Source: Nemertoderma westbladi
Taxonomy: Eukaryota; Animalia; Xenacoelomorpha
Length of the DNA stretch: 64,000 nt
NCBI GenBank assembly: GCA_032718475.1
Contig: JAUCBJ010005969.1
Span: 16,116-80,115, forward strand
Reading direction: 5' to 3'
Under the pieces are notes generated by a model, which was given only the letters and a program-made list of their open reading frames with translations, searched no databases and was not told the DNA's origin. The first letter of the stretch is position 1, and each line of letters starts with the position of its first letter. The position numbers and the translations under genes were made by a program. Below are positions 1 through 13,400 of the stretch, piece by piece.

Positions 1-1137
1 AACCCAAGCCATCGATCCATGTAAGTAAAGGGGGAACCCAAGCCATCGATCCATGTAAGTAAAGGGGGAACCCAAGCCATCGATCAATGTAAGTAAAGGG
101 GGAACCCAAGCCATCGATCCATGTAAGTAAAGGGGGAACCCAAGCCATCGATCCATGTAAGTAAAGGGGGAACCCAAGCCATCGATCTATGTAAGTAAAG
201 GGGGAACCCAAGCCATCGATCAATGTAAGTAAAAGGGGAACCCAAGCCATCGATCCATGTAAGTAAAGGGGGAACCCAAGCCATCGATCCATGTAAGTAA
301 AGGGGGAACCCAAGCCATCGATCCATGTAAGTAAAGGGGGAACCTAAGCCATCGATCCATGTAAGTAAAGGGGGAACCCAAGCCATCGCTCCATGTAAGT
401 AAAGGGGGAACCCAAGCCATCGATCCATGTAAGTAAAGGGGGAACCTAAGCCATCGATCCATGTAAGTAAAGGGGGAACCCAAGCCATCGATCCATGTAA
501 GTAAAGGGGGAACCTAAGCCATCGCTCCATGTAAGTAAAGGGGGAACCCAAGCCATCAATCCATGTAAGTAAAGGGGGAACCCAAGCCATCGATCCATGT
601 AAGTAAAGGGGGAACCCAAGCCATCGCTCCATGTAAGTAAAGGGGGAACCCAAGCCAATCCATGTAAGTAAAGGGGGAACCCAAGCCATCGATCCATGTA
701 AGTAAAGGGGGAACCCAAGCCATCGATCCATGTAAGTAAAGAGGGAACCCAAGCCATCGATCCATGTAAGTAAAGGGGGAACCCAAGCCATCGATCCATG
801 TAAGTAAAGGGGGAACCCAAGCCATCGATCCATGTAAGTAAAGGGGGAACCCAAGCCATCGATCAATGTAAGTAAAGGGGGAACCCAAGCCATCGATCCA
901 TGTAAGTAAAGAGGGAACCCAAGCCATCGGTCCATGTAAGTAAAGGGGGAACCCAAGCCATCGATCCATGTAAGTAAAGGGGGAACCCAAGACATCGATC
1001 CATGTAAGTAAAGGGGGAACCCAAGCCATCGATCCATGTAAGTAAAGGGGGAACCCAAGCCATCGATCCATGTAAGTAAAGGGGGAACCCAAGCCATCGA
1101 CCCATGTAAGTAAAGGGGTAACCCAAGCCATCGATCG
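1..1137. repeat. 34-bp tandem satellite (~33 copies, runs off window start)
   Basis: Unit AACCCAAGCCATCGATCCATGTAAGTAAAGGGGG starts at 1, 35, 69 and so on. The - strand ORFs here are 34-aa periodic artefacts. Confidence 0.97.
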
Positions 1138-1279
1138 ATTTCTGATTAGGTATCTACTATCTGAACTACAATATAATAATACAATTTGGCTAATTAAATT
1201 ATAATCATTTATACTTGTTTCGTTGGCTATACGTAATATAAGTCATCATAATATCCTGTTTTATTTTTTAATTACGCAG

Positions 1280-1460
1280 TGGTTCAAAAATGATGTCGAA
1301 ATCAAGCCTACTAAACGATTGAAGATCACCAAAGGTTCGAAGGGAACGCATTCATTGACTATCTCCGGGGTTACCACGGGGGACAGCGCGACCTATCGTA
1401 TGAAAGCGTCTAATGATCTCGGCATTGTAGAGTCAACAGCGAGATTAACGGTTACAACAC
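1280..1460 (+). CDS. Titin-like exon: C-terminal half of an I-set Ig domain
   Basis: cag|TGG TTC AAA ... WFKNDVEI...[14 protein letters not shown]...ACA C|gtaag. Confidence 0.88.
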
Positions 1461-4400
1461 GTAAGTTTACTATAACTACAATTAATTGTCTGCCATCTTA
1501 ATATTTCAGTTGTGTTCCTATTGTGGTGGCTACTTCCTGGCAGCAGAGGCGTAGCGAGGGCGGGGAGGGGGCGGGAGCGTTCCCCCGGCCGCACTCACCC
1601 AGAGGCGTAGCGAGGGCGGGGAGGGGGCGGGAGCGTTCCCCCGGCCGCACTCACCCAGAGGCGTAGCGAGGGCGGGGAGGGGGCGGGAGCGTTCCCCCGG
1701 CCGCACTCACCCAGAGGCGCCTGCCAGGGTTGCCATTTACCTGGAATAGTCAGGGAATTTCATTTTTTTCTTGAATTGCCAAGGAAATGTCAGGCAATTA
1801 TTGTAAAAATAGAACATATCAGTTAAAAGTCGGGGATCTTGATATATACAGGAGGTGTATCATTTATCACATGTGTCATAAAAGCGAAAATTCGGGGGGG
1901 TGTAGCGCTATCTATCTCATCTTCATTCCCCGGGCGCCAGAAGGGCTCGCTACACCTCTGCTTCAGGGATTTGCATCAGGAAGCCCAGGTTCGATCTCTA
2001 GATGGTGCCCATGGCGTGCTGCACAGCACTTTAAATGCTGCAGCCTAGCCCAACGGGGGTTTCACCCTTGAGTGGTTGATAAATGGGAACCATGGTAATT
2101 CGGAAAACATTGATCACTCTCCATTCCCGCTAGATCACCCCAAATAGGTTAAGGTCATTCCCCCTCGCATTTCCCCGACGAATGTTGATACAATCATGGT
2201 GATACAATCCCACCCCCCCCCCCCCCCCCCACACCCAGTCCGAATTTGAAAAAGGTCCGCTAAATCAAGACCAAGGTCCGAACAACGGGACGAAGGACCG
2301 TCACAATATAATGGCTTTGATAAGTTTTACTAATTCTCTAAGTAAATTGATTTTAAATAGTTTTGTTCAGCTCCGCATCAATATTATTAGTTATTATTTA
2401 ATTATCCGAACAAGAAGACACATGCTGTACATACATTGGCCAATCCACTTGGGTTGGTGTCTTTTAGGAGACGATTTAGGAAAGTCAATGGCCGACCACC
2501 ACGTTTCCTCTGTCTAACCGGTTGCCTCATGGCATTGGCCGACTAATCTCAACCGCAATGCCTGCAGTGTGTTACTGGGTTTTGACAATAATTATCTGTC
2601 ACTACCGAATTTTTACAATGACTCTTTGTTAAATAAATGGGCATTCTATTTTATGCCATGATCCCTGCGCAGCATCCTGGAATATGGACTATCAATAGTG
2701 TCTTCTACAGTAAGAGACCAACATGGACTACAATATGACAGTACATGCTATACTGCAGCCAGGGATATATTTACGTTCAGAAAATGTATGATTCCAGAAA
2801 TCTTAATAGCTTCATTAATGTAAAGTTTATTCATGGATATTTTAAAGGTATTCAACTGATCTCAGAATCCAAGATCCTATAGGTAGCCTACGTGACCAAC
2901 TCTGTAAGGATTATTGTACGCGCTTTTGAAGACCTTTAGCAGTTTAACCTGCCAAAATTTATATGTCTTTTGGTTTATAAATATACTTTAGAAGTTGACA
3001 AATATTTAATACCAATAAACACAACATTAGCAGAAGCCAGCCTAGTGCGCGTCCATTCACCCGCTGGATATACCCGGGGGGCTGGATTCTGAGGGCTTAG
3101 ATTATTATTGCAGTGTAAGCTTACTGTATTATTCGATTGATCGTTAATAAATAATTTCTGACTAATATTATTCACTTTCTGGAAATATTAACAGTTCCTT
3201 TAGGACGTGGCGCTCTATCTAAGTAAACAGAGATATGACTTATACTAATCACAACGGTAAGTCGGTAAGGCTTATGATTCACGTATGAGGCGCATTCTTT
3301 AGGAAATGCTTAGTTATCAGCCACAATCATGCACACTACCGGTAACACACAATACTGACCACTAATTTGCCGACCGTCAATGATTTTTATCATATATAAA
3401 GAGAACAGCAACGGACCAATGTAGTGCTTATCAAATAGCATTAAATTCACTACATACACAATAATATAAGTCGCAATCGCTATATATAACCCGTCTCTCT
3501 AACCTGTAGTGTATCAAGAAAATTGGGAAATTTGGGTTCTTTATAAATGTTCTCCAAATAATATTCAACCAACTAATACAAAATATGACAACAGTAAAAC
3601 ATTAAGACGGTAGGTCAAGATATGATATGACATGTTATGATATGTGATATATGATATGGACTGATAACAGTTATACGCTCTATAATTTAAGCCTACTAAT
3701 GTTTCTTCTAAAGTATGAAAACGAGTTGACTCTAGAGCCGGTGTTCCTGGCCTAGATAGCAACAACACAACAGTATGACAAAAACAGTAAGACTGAACAC
3801 TCCTAGTATGATCGGCCGAAAAGCTCCACATCGACAGAAAAAATCGCTCTGATTGGCTTAAGCTAAACAAAGAACCATGTGTCCAATGGCTGTTTCCATG
3901 TCAGCAACCAGCTGTTAGATGTCGTAATATGAATCATCACGGCTAAGCTGTGTAAGGTATTTGGTACATTGCGGGTTTTTTGCCTTACCATGTCCGCCAA
4001 AACACGTATATAGAGGAATGACTTTTATGTCCGTTAAAACACCTATAACGGTACCTTGCGGGCGAGGGGAATATATATATAGTTAGAGAGCCTTTTAGAG
4101 TATTCCAGCGCCTGGGGGGAAACTGGATTGCGAAGCAAAAGGGCCAGTTATATCCCACAGAAGCTTTTACACCGCTCCCAGAAAATGGGATTTGAGTCTA
4201 TAAAATATACAAAATCACAGTTTCTAATATACGTAAATACTCTAAACAGTTAGTCTTTCTTGCGCGGACGGCGTTTACGCAGTTTTTTAAAGCTAGCCCC
4301 AGAGTCCTTTTCTCTTTGGGGCGAGCCACTTTACAAGGAGGGCTATAACTCCTGGGTGAAGGGTGCAATATGATTGCATCAGAGGGTGTAGGATTATGGT

Positions 4401-7400
4401 CGGTGTATCCGCCAGTCGAAGTACCAGGTTGATTGACATCAACGTCAGGTGAGAGGGGTCTAACGGCTTTGAGAGCTCGTTTCAAGACAGCCGCTCTTAC
4501 GGGTCCCCTACGAGTGGTCTGAACGAGGGCTGTGGGTAGACCATAGGCAGTTAGAAACCTTCGGGGTTTAATGGTTCTTTCCAACTCGCGTTCGCGGGCT
4601 CGGTATTCGTAAGGCCGTCGATATACTTCCTGTAACTCGGGGTGTGAGTTAACAAACAAGTCTCCATAGTCCGGATCCTGACGGATATAATTGATTAAGT
4701 TATAGGAATGAAGGTCGCTAGGATTAACACTCCTGAGAAATTTACGCACGAATTTGGTGGAAATACATTCTCCGACGCGCTTCAGTAGCTCGTAACTTGA
4801 TATGCGTGATTTCTGTTCAACCGAAGCGAATAGATAAGGATGGAACGCATAAACTCCTTCGTAAGCGCGTCCGGGATAATAGCGATGGCGCGAATCACAG
4901 TGTAAATCAGCGTTCGCTTCCCAAGCTCGGATGTAACGTAGTGTGATCATTTCATCTACGCTTTCCAAATCGTGATTAAAAGGGCAATCGAAACTGGCAT
5001 GTCCCTTTAGTTGACAATGGTGACATTGAGTCATAAATTGAGGGCAAACCGCAAAGATATGCAAGTTATTGAGTCTGCAATATGCGCAATAAATTTCCAT
5101 AGTCGGTTGTTCTTGGAAATAGGAACAGCGGACGTTGGTGTCCATGGGCGTATCGTGGTCTCTCGATGCGCATAACTGACAACGTTGCCTAGAAACATAG
5201 TTGGCGTGTCGATAATCGTACGCAGTGAGACACTGTGGACCTTGATACCATTCTATGATGTAATCGTTGTCGCTGTTCCGGGGCGCGATAGGCTGAATCT
5301 CCTCAGATTCTAGGCATATTGGTTCGTCTTCCCAGTCTGTTACGAATATAATTTTCGTGATCTATTTTCGGTTTATCGTTACGACTCCGCTGGGTATGAT
5401 ATTTAAGTAGAACCATTTCCCTTTCGGTGTCTACATCGTCCGTATCATGTAAATCGATAGGATGGCCGGTAGTTAGGAAGTCCATATACGTACCATTACG
5501 ATGCGTATAGCGAGCGGTGAATTTTCGATAGTCCAATTCACGCGTAAGTTGCTCTTGGGACATCGGCGGTTCGATATAACGACCATTGTCCTCCGTAATG
5601 GTTGGATCGGCTTCACCGCGTATCAAGCTATCCACAAATGCTTGTAAAGGTAGAGTATATCGCTCCCTGACACCAAGATCATCTTCTATCAACTCCGTCA
5701 TATCTGTTATCTGAGTTTATTAATATTGTAATGAGTTTATGTTTAGGCGAGCGGGCGTCGCTGCCTACCTCTCTTCGCCCCGGACAGTGGGATTCTCAGC
5801 GCCGATGTATCGTCGTCGCGGTGTTTACGCCAACATGTAGCAACAGCACGACAACGACAACCGGCACAAGTCACTCCACTGTCCGTCCCAAAGGCTTGAA
5901 TCCACTTTAGGTTCTTTCTATAGGAGAGTTGGGCTACTTTCACAATTGCGACTAGCTACTGTAAACACACCTTAGCAGTAACATTCACCTACAAACGCAC
6001 AAATTCCACACAACTGTCACCAATTGTACACATACAGGCCATTTGTCCGTTAGTCAGTGCCTTCCAGAATGTCACGTTATTACTGTGTATCCTTGGATAC
6101 TAACAGTGTGCTATGTTCTCTATGCTATGCAATGGGACAAGCTTTCTATTGTTCTTTTAACTTGCTTCTAATTCTAGCGTGGGTGTTGCTATGGTGACAT
6201 TATGGAATGCTAGCGGTAGAATTAGGGTAATTCTCATGCATACAGATCTGGGATGCTATTTAATAATAATTCTTTAATTGTCAATATCCTCTTTATGCAT
6301 GATTTTATTAATTTTATCGGCTATTGACTATATGTTGGAGATTCTCGCACTCTAATACACTCAATAGGATGAATCTCCGCTCTCATGATCTATTAATTAA
6401 TGGAATTTTGGGAATGTTATAAATTGTACAAAATGACAATTTATGAAATTCATTTAAATATGAATTTAAATTTATTCCCGTGAATTTTATTATTTGATGT
6501 TAAAATTGACACAATTTGATTCCAGAGCAGGTCTGGGGACATAGGATCCTTAATTCTATGAAAATTGTCTTTTAAGAGTATCGGTAAGTGTTGCGATATC
6601 TTAATTGACTAGAAATTTTAAAGGATCTGAATTTTACAGATTTTAATAAATATTAAATTAAGATTTAAGATGGGCACCGATTTATTCCAGAACTTGTCTG
6701 GGGACGTTAACCACTGATTCTAGAATTTGTCTTTCAAGTATATCGGTGGGTGCCGCGATATCTTAATCGACTAGAATTACAGATGGTCAAAAAGTTTAAC
6801 AGATTTATTTGCGTTTTACGCTACTGTTATAGGGACATCACGCTACTATATGTATTATTATATATGGTATGAGAGCAATATCGCACGAAGCAATGTCAGT
6901 GTGAAGAGGCAAGTCGTTTCCAAGGTCTACCCAGAGCTTGGTTTAGCCGAGACACGAGGATCTGAACTTTGCATTCCTAATACTCTGCCTACCAATAATA
7001 CTTAAGTATAGTAGGAGCTTTATTGTACTTTAATAAGTACGGACATTTCATCTTACTGTAGTCACGTATTTATAATATGATACGGACAGTAAGGAAAGAG
7101 AAAAAATAATTATTTCTCGCCGTCGCACTAAATATATATTATAAGTAATTACGTACGTAATAAACACTAATATATTGCACTAATCTACTAAATAATCACT
7201 AAAAGAACATTCTACTAAATAAAATTAAAGAAAACGATTATAATAAAATTACATAATAATACATACATAAATATAAAATAAAAACAAATATAAAATGATA
7301 TAGTCACACGCCCACTCCATATGTTATTACGTTATGGAGTCCCTAGATATTTGTCGGATTAGGGAAGTGGTCGTAGGAAGAGTATCTTGCCTTCCATAGT

Positions 7401-10400
7401 TTCCGGACAGTTTTTGGTCTCTTTCCAGTAAACATAAACGACTAGCTGGGCGATTGAGTTGTTGTGTTACTTTCTCCGCTCCCTTGGCCTGTCTAAACTC
7501 CGCCGTGGTAAGATGAGGAGGCCATTCTTCTTCTTCTTTACTTAAGAAGTCGGATCCACCTAACCAGCCTGGAGTATCTATCAGTTCTTGAGGAGTTGCT
7601 CCTCTGGAAGCGATGTCGGCTGGATTAATCGTCCCAAGGCAATGTCTCCATTGATCTACATTGGAGTTAATATCGTCATTATCTGAGGAGTATGGTGTTC
7701 CCTCAGTTGGATCGTCCACATCACTGCTCTCCACTTCCCATTCCTTTACTTGGTATACCTGTTGTTGAGGTAATCTCTCTTTGAGAGTTCTACGGGAAGG
7801 GCCAGTAAAGTACCAACCTACTCTAGTTCTTACTGCATAGGTTTGTAATGGCTGCGGTTGAGCAGGCCGTTTCTCCAATGTCTCGAGCGCCTCATGCGCG
7901 TTTTGGCCGATGAGTATTTGCACTCCAGGATAATCTGTCTGGAATCGAGGTATCTTAAGATGTTGGATGCTCTCATCCTCGTCCCAATTATAAAGGTCTG
8001 CTTGGGTAGTAGCGAAGTTCTTTATAGCCACCATTTTTACCGACCTTATACCTTGTGCTCCTAATTTATCCTGGGGGGTGGACAACACACCTACATAGTA
8101 GTCTGCCGTTAGGGTAGATTTCCAAACCTGCATAATTCCTGACATATTCAATTTAGTCCGGAATTTGGGTTGTCCAGCAAAGAAATCTTCGGCTAGTTCT
8201 TGATCGATGAATGTTCCTGTGCTGCCGGAGTCAAGGAGGGCGTTCACTATGTAACTTTTGTTGGGACCATGAACTCTTACCTGCACTACAGGAAATTCTC
8301 TGATTCCTACGTTGGAAGTTGGAGCTTTCCAAGATGGTTGTCTGGCAAAAGTAGTTGGGGGGAACTCATTGTCGGTGTCCTTTTCATAAGTAAGTGCTCG
8401 ATACACTGAGGTATTTATTAGGTAACAGGATTCGTTGGCGTCGGAGAATTCGTCAGTATAGAATCCTTCCATCTCAGACTCTTGATCAGTGTCATTTACA
8501 TCACTGAATTGGACATGTAGTTCGGGCTCACTTACCTGACTCGGGTTGTCTCGTTCGAACTCACTGTGTAACAAGATGTGATGTTTCGCGCCACACTTTG
8601 CACACTTTACGTCGGAGTAACAGGTTCGCCGTTGGTGTCCTGATCTGAGGCAATTATAGCATAACCGCTTATTCCACAGGACTGTACGTCTGTCTACAAG
8701 GGATTTCTTTAGAAATTCAGCACACGCACTCAAACGGTGGGGCCCGTCGCACAGCGCACATTTTGGTTTGATGTTACTCACCTTACCTTGGGTAACGTTA
8801 TGCACTCTCGTTCTTTCTTCGGGCTTTCTTCCGTGAATTCTCTTAGGAGACATAGGAGGAGTTGTTGTTACCTGTTCTCTCCTGTCACTGGTTCGAGACT
8901 TGTATTTACTTACGTCTTTATAGGTCTTGTTGTCATAGTAAGATTTTGCTGTGTCTTTCCCGCTGTCCTCTTCTTGAGAAGCTTGGCTTTCGCCGTCGTC
9001 AGTATAACACACTGGTATTATCCTTCTCCTAGAAACGGGTTTCTCACTTACCTTATTTTCCGATGTTTTCTCTCTGGACTGCTTTATGAGTTGTAATTTT
9101 ACTTCACTATCTAAGAAGGACATGAGATCAGCCATGGTAGGGCTTCGTCGTTGCTGCTCATTCATATACAACACTTTCTTGTCCCAGCGTGTACATACTC
9201 CACCCTTTGGTAAAGTAGAGACTACTGCTCCAATAACCATGGAACTCTGATATTCATGAGACTTACCCAACCAGTCCAATTGTCTACAGATCTCCTGAAT
9301 CTCATCGGAAAACTCTATAATCCCGCTACTAAGGAAGTTTCGGGGGGCTACTAATTTTGCATACAAATACTTAGCTATGTTATCCTTGTTACCATACCTG
9401 ATGTTTAATGTATCCCAAACTTGTCTTAATCCTTCTGGATGTCCAATGAACTTTAACGCCATTAACTTGGGAGGTCCTTCCAAGCACTTGATGAGGAACC
9501 TAAGTTTCTCACCGTTAGATAGTACAGAGTTCTGTATGCTGTCTTTGTAATATTCATTGAAAGGTAACCGTTTCATCTCATCTCCATTGAATTTGACGAT
9601 CTCTCCCACTTTGACCGCTTGGCGGGCTTCTGTTCTAGCCATCTGACGCGTAAAGCTTTCTTGGGCCATCGTGTTATTTAATATCGAATTATCGGTATAT
9701 AAATTTCTCGGATCATTATCAGGTCTATAGGGAATATCATTAACAACAGGTTTATAATCACCCTTAATAGGGTTTGCTATAGGAGTTTCTACTTCACTAG
9801 CAGTATAGATGCGTGTAGGCTCCACACCTTGCGCATGTAATACTTCAGACCTAACAGGTTGACACAATGTTACTGGGGGTATTGGTATACCCTTTTGTAT
9901 ATTGACTAATTTGTCGCGTTCCAGCGCGATACTTTGCTGCACTTCTTGCAATTCTGCCCTACCTTCCCTTACTGTTCCCTTAAGTTGGTAGACAGTCTCC
10001 TGCATCTGTCCGAGCAGGAGATTCATCCCCCGTCGTCCCTCCTCTACCCACTCGACCGCCGAAGCGGGAGTCGCCAACATTGTAGTGGGCCGACGCGGGA
10101 CGACGGGAGACAAATCTTTGATTTCTCTCTCAGTGTCCAGAACAGGGATATTCGCATGGACTGTTCTACCGGGTACAGGCAGTGTAGTACTGTGTAACGG
10201 GAATTTAGAGTTAAGCTCTGGAAGTACAGGGGTCTCTAGCACAGAAGTGGCTTTGGGAACGACAGGCCCAATTATTTCAGGCTCATCAACTATGGTAGGG
10301 AGTCTTTTGACCTTAATAATTTGGTCTGTGGGTTCTGTACTACCTAAGTCTGTGCTAGCTAGTTGTCTTCTAACCGCTGGGGGCAAATCAGGCAATTTGT

Positions 10401-13400
10401 GACGGTGAGATGTTTTTCTACGCCTGCTTAGACGAGATCTATTTCCTCCGCCTTCAGGATCGGTGGTCTTGCCTTCCTCCGATGATGTGTATCCTTGGCG
10501 TTTGGGAGTAGATCGACTCATCATCTGCATTTGACTAGCAGTTAACTGTTTATTTATGCAGTCTTGCGTCTCTTGCAGATTTTCCAACTCCAGTTGGGTA
10601 GTCTCCTCAGACGCTCTCCGTTCTGCTTCTGCCACTGCCTTTGCCGCCATTGCCATTGCCGCTGCCGCCTTTCTTTCCACTTCTGCCATTGCCATTGCCG
10701 CTGCCTTTAGGTCCTCTATCCGTTTTTTCTTTACTTGTTCTTCTTGGACTCTAACGAGGCAGAGTTTTTCATCAAATTTAGCTTGGTTTGCAGCTAACAT
10801 TTCCGCATCGATTGCGTCCAACACAAGCTTGGTTCCTTCACTATTAGGGCGAAGTCCAGACAGTCGTCTCCTCAACTCTTCGTCTCCTAGGAATCGCTGA
10901 TAGTCTGACAGATAGATGTCAATGGCGTCTCTAGTTCGCGGTTTCTCTGCTGCTGTTAATTCGCTTTCCACTTCGCTTTCCACTTGAGAAGAAGTGGCGT
11001 TGGTTGATTCTTCATAGGTTGGCCGCTCATAATAAACCGTATCCGCCATCTTCGCTCCGCGTTCGGGCGTCCGCTCAGCAGTATCCGAACTACTGGAACT
11101 ATCGGGCCGCTGAGAACTAGGTTCTAGGCTAGGATGTTGCTGCTGTTTGACAGCTGCTTCTTGATCCCGCTTGACTTGGGCCCGAGTACCGATGATAGAC
11201 CTACGTTGTTCTACTAGCCTAGGGTCTGACACTACTACTGTAGGGATGGCCTTTTTTACAATAGTAGGTGACTTAGACTTGGGTCTAGGATGTTCTATAC
11301 TTGGATCTGGGTCACTGATCTTTTTAAGGCACTGTCTAACAGTCATTCTAACACTTTCTAAGAGACTATCCGACAGTGATTGGGTTGTGTCTGACATGTT
11401 TGTTTATACAATTGAATGCCTACTGCTATGATTACAGCTAAAGCAAGTCTAGCAATTCAGTATCACTGTTAGCCTAGTAATTAATTACCGATACTGCTAC
11501 TCAGTGTAGCGTGATATATATATAATATATTAGAATACCGGTATGCTTATAGTATATATATAAGTATTATTACAGACTAGATTTGTCACAGAGTACCGGT
11601 ATATAATTTTAGCACAAATATATATAAATATATAATAGGCCTATCGTGAATACCGGTATGCAGCTTACACTTATAGTATATATAAGTATAATTATGAACT
11701 AGAATTAATTACAGAATACCTGTATGATTTCAGCACAAATTTATAGAAATAAATATAATAAGCCTATGGTAAATACCGGTATGTCAATTATTTTAGAATA
11801 ATTGAATTTCTGAATATTTTAGGGTTACTTGGTTACTTTAACTTACTTTATTACCGTTATTTAAGCAGTAGTCCAACTGATATTGAGACCTAGTTGTTGT
11901 ATGGCAGGCCTACTATTTATAAATCGTTTGAGTTGATTTATAATATTTATATACCCGTTTAAAAGGGTTTTGTCAATATTTGAAATAAATGTTATTATTT
12001 CTGGGGGAGTCACTACACAGAAGCTGTACGCTCTCAGTGAAGTGCTACCTATGGGACACTAAAACAGATAATTATAATTTACCTAAGTTACTTAATACTA
12101 CAAATTACTTACGATACGGGTGAGATTAAATCTCTAATTAAACACAACAAAATATTACGTACGAAATTTTAGGGTAATTTTACAGGAAGTCTACAAACCA
12201 GCCTAACAAAGGGTTAGAATTCTGGTTATTACAACGGACAGGATACTATGGTATTTGAAAATAATAAGTAGTAGTAAATATATTGCACTGTCCAGATAGG
12301 AAAATACCACCGCCTGACGACCTATAGCCGTATCGCTATAGGTACTACGTTATGTATCACGGAGTGTTCCTACCTGGAAGTTAATTACCGCGGTCTACCA
12401 GAACCAACGTGCCTATTAACCACTTTACAACACAAATATACTGCCCACACACTAATTACCTTCGGAAAGCACTGTACACTAAACCCTAAATTAGGTACAA
12501 GTACTGGTACAACAAATAATCAGTAGTTAAATATACTTGAACAGTTAAAAGAACCACATCATCTGCTGGAGTGACCGAAGCACAAAGTCACCAGTCTTTT
12601 CCTACGCCAAGCAGCCCGTGTAGTACCGGGGTTAATTTAACTATAACGGTATGTGTAACAAACACAATTACTGTAGGAATAAACTTGGGGACATGAATGT
12701 TGCGAATAATCGCATAAACTCTGAATAATAAATATTACGCTACCCGTACAGAATACTCAAACAAAATACAAACCAAACGCTGGCAGACTACCACCAAGCC
12801 CAAATAAACTACAGTATGTGCAGATTCCAAAATGGTTAGTTAGTATGCGTTCTAACACGGTAGTACGACTTATTCTTTAAGAGGGGATTGACCTTACAGC
12901 TATGGCTGCCCCAACTTACTAACTGGCACTCTATCGGACAAACTCTACACACGCAGTAATCTCTCCAAACCCAACAACAATCCGACAACAGTCTGGCCTA
13001 CAATTATCTGAACAATCTGAGCAGACTTACACGTCTTCAGCTCTATATTAACTTACTAGGAAATAAAACTGACAGAAATAGACCTAAGTGAAATCCCAAT
13101 AAAAACCAGGCGTCCCCGATTTAATATCGAGACCTACCGGTATACAATAATCAAAATCGAATAATACTAATGTACTTATACTGGAAGTACCGGTTAGGAC
13201 AGTTGGGCCTACGGACCTACAGAAGTACCGGTTCTGACAGTTGGACCTACGGACCTACAGCAGTACCGGTTCTGGCAGTTGGGCCTACGGACCTACGACA
13301 GTACCGGTTCAGGTTTACCGGTCGACCGGTACTTTCAACTTTATTGCTTACTGCAATAAAGACAATAACTGTTATTGTACGCGCTTTTGAAGACCTTTAG

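Noticed and set aside
84-1131. Long - strand ORFs (up to 337 aa)
   Set aside because: Translations of the 34-bp satellite, open in several frames.
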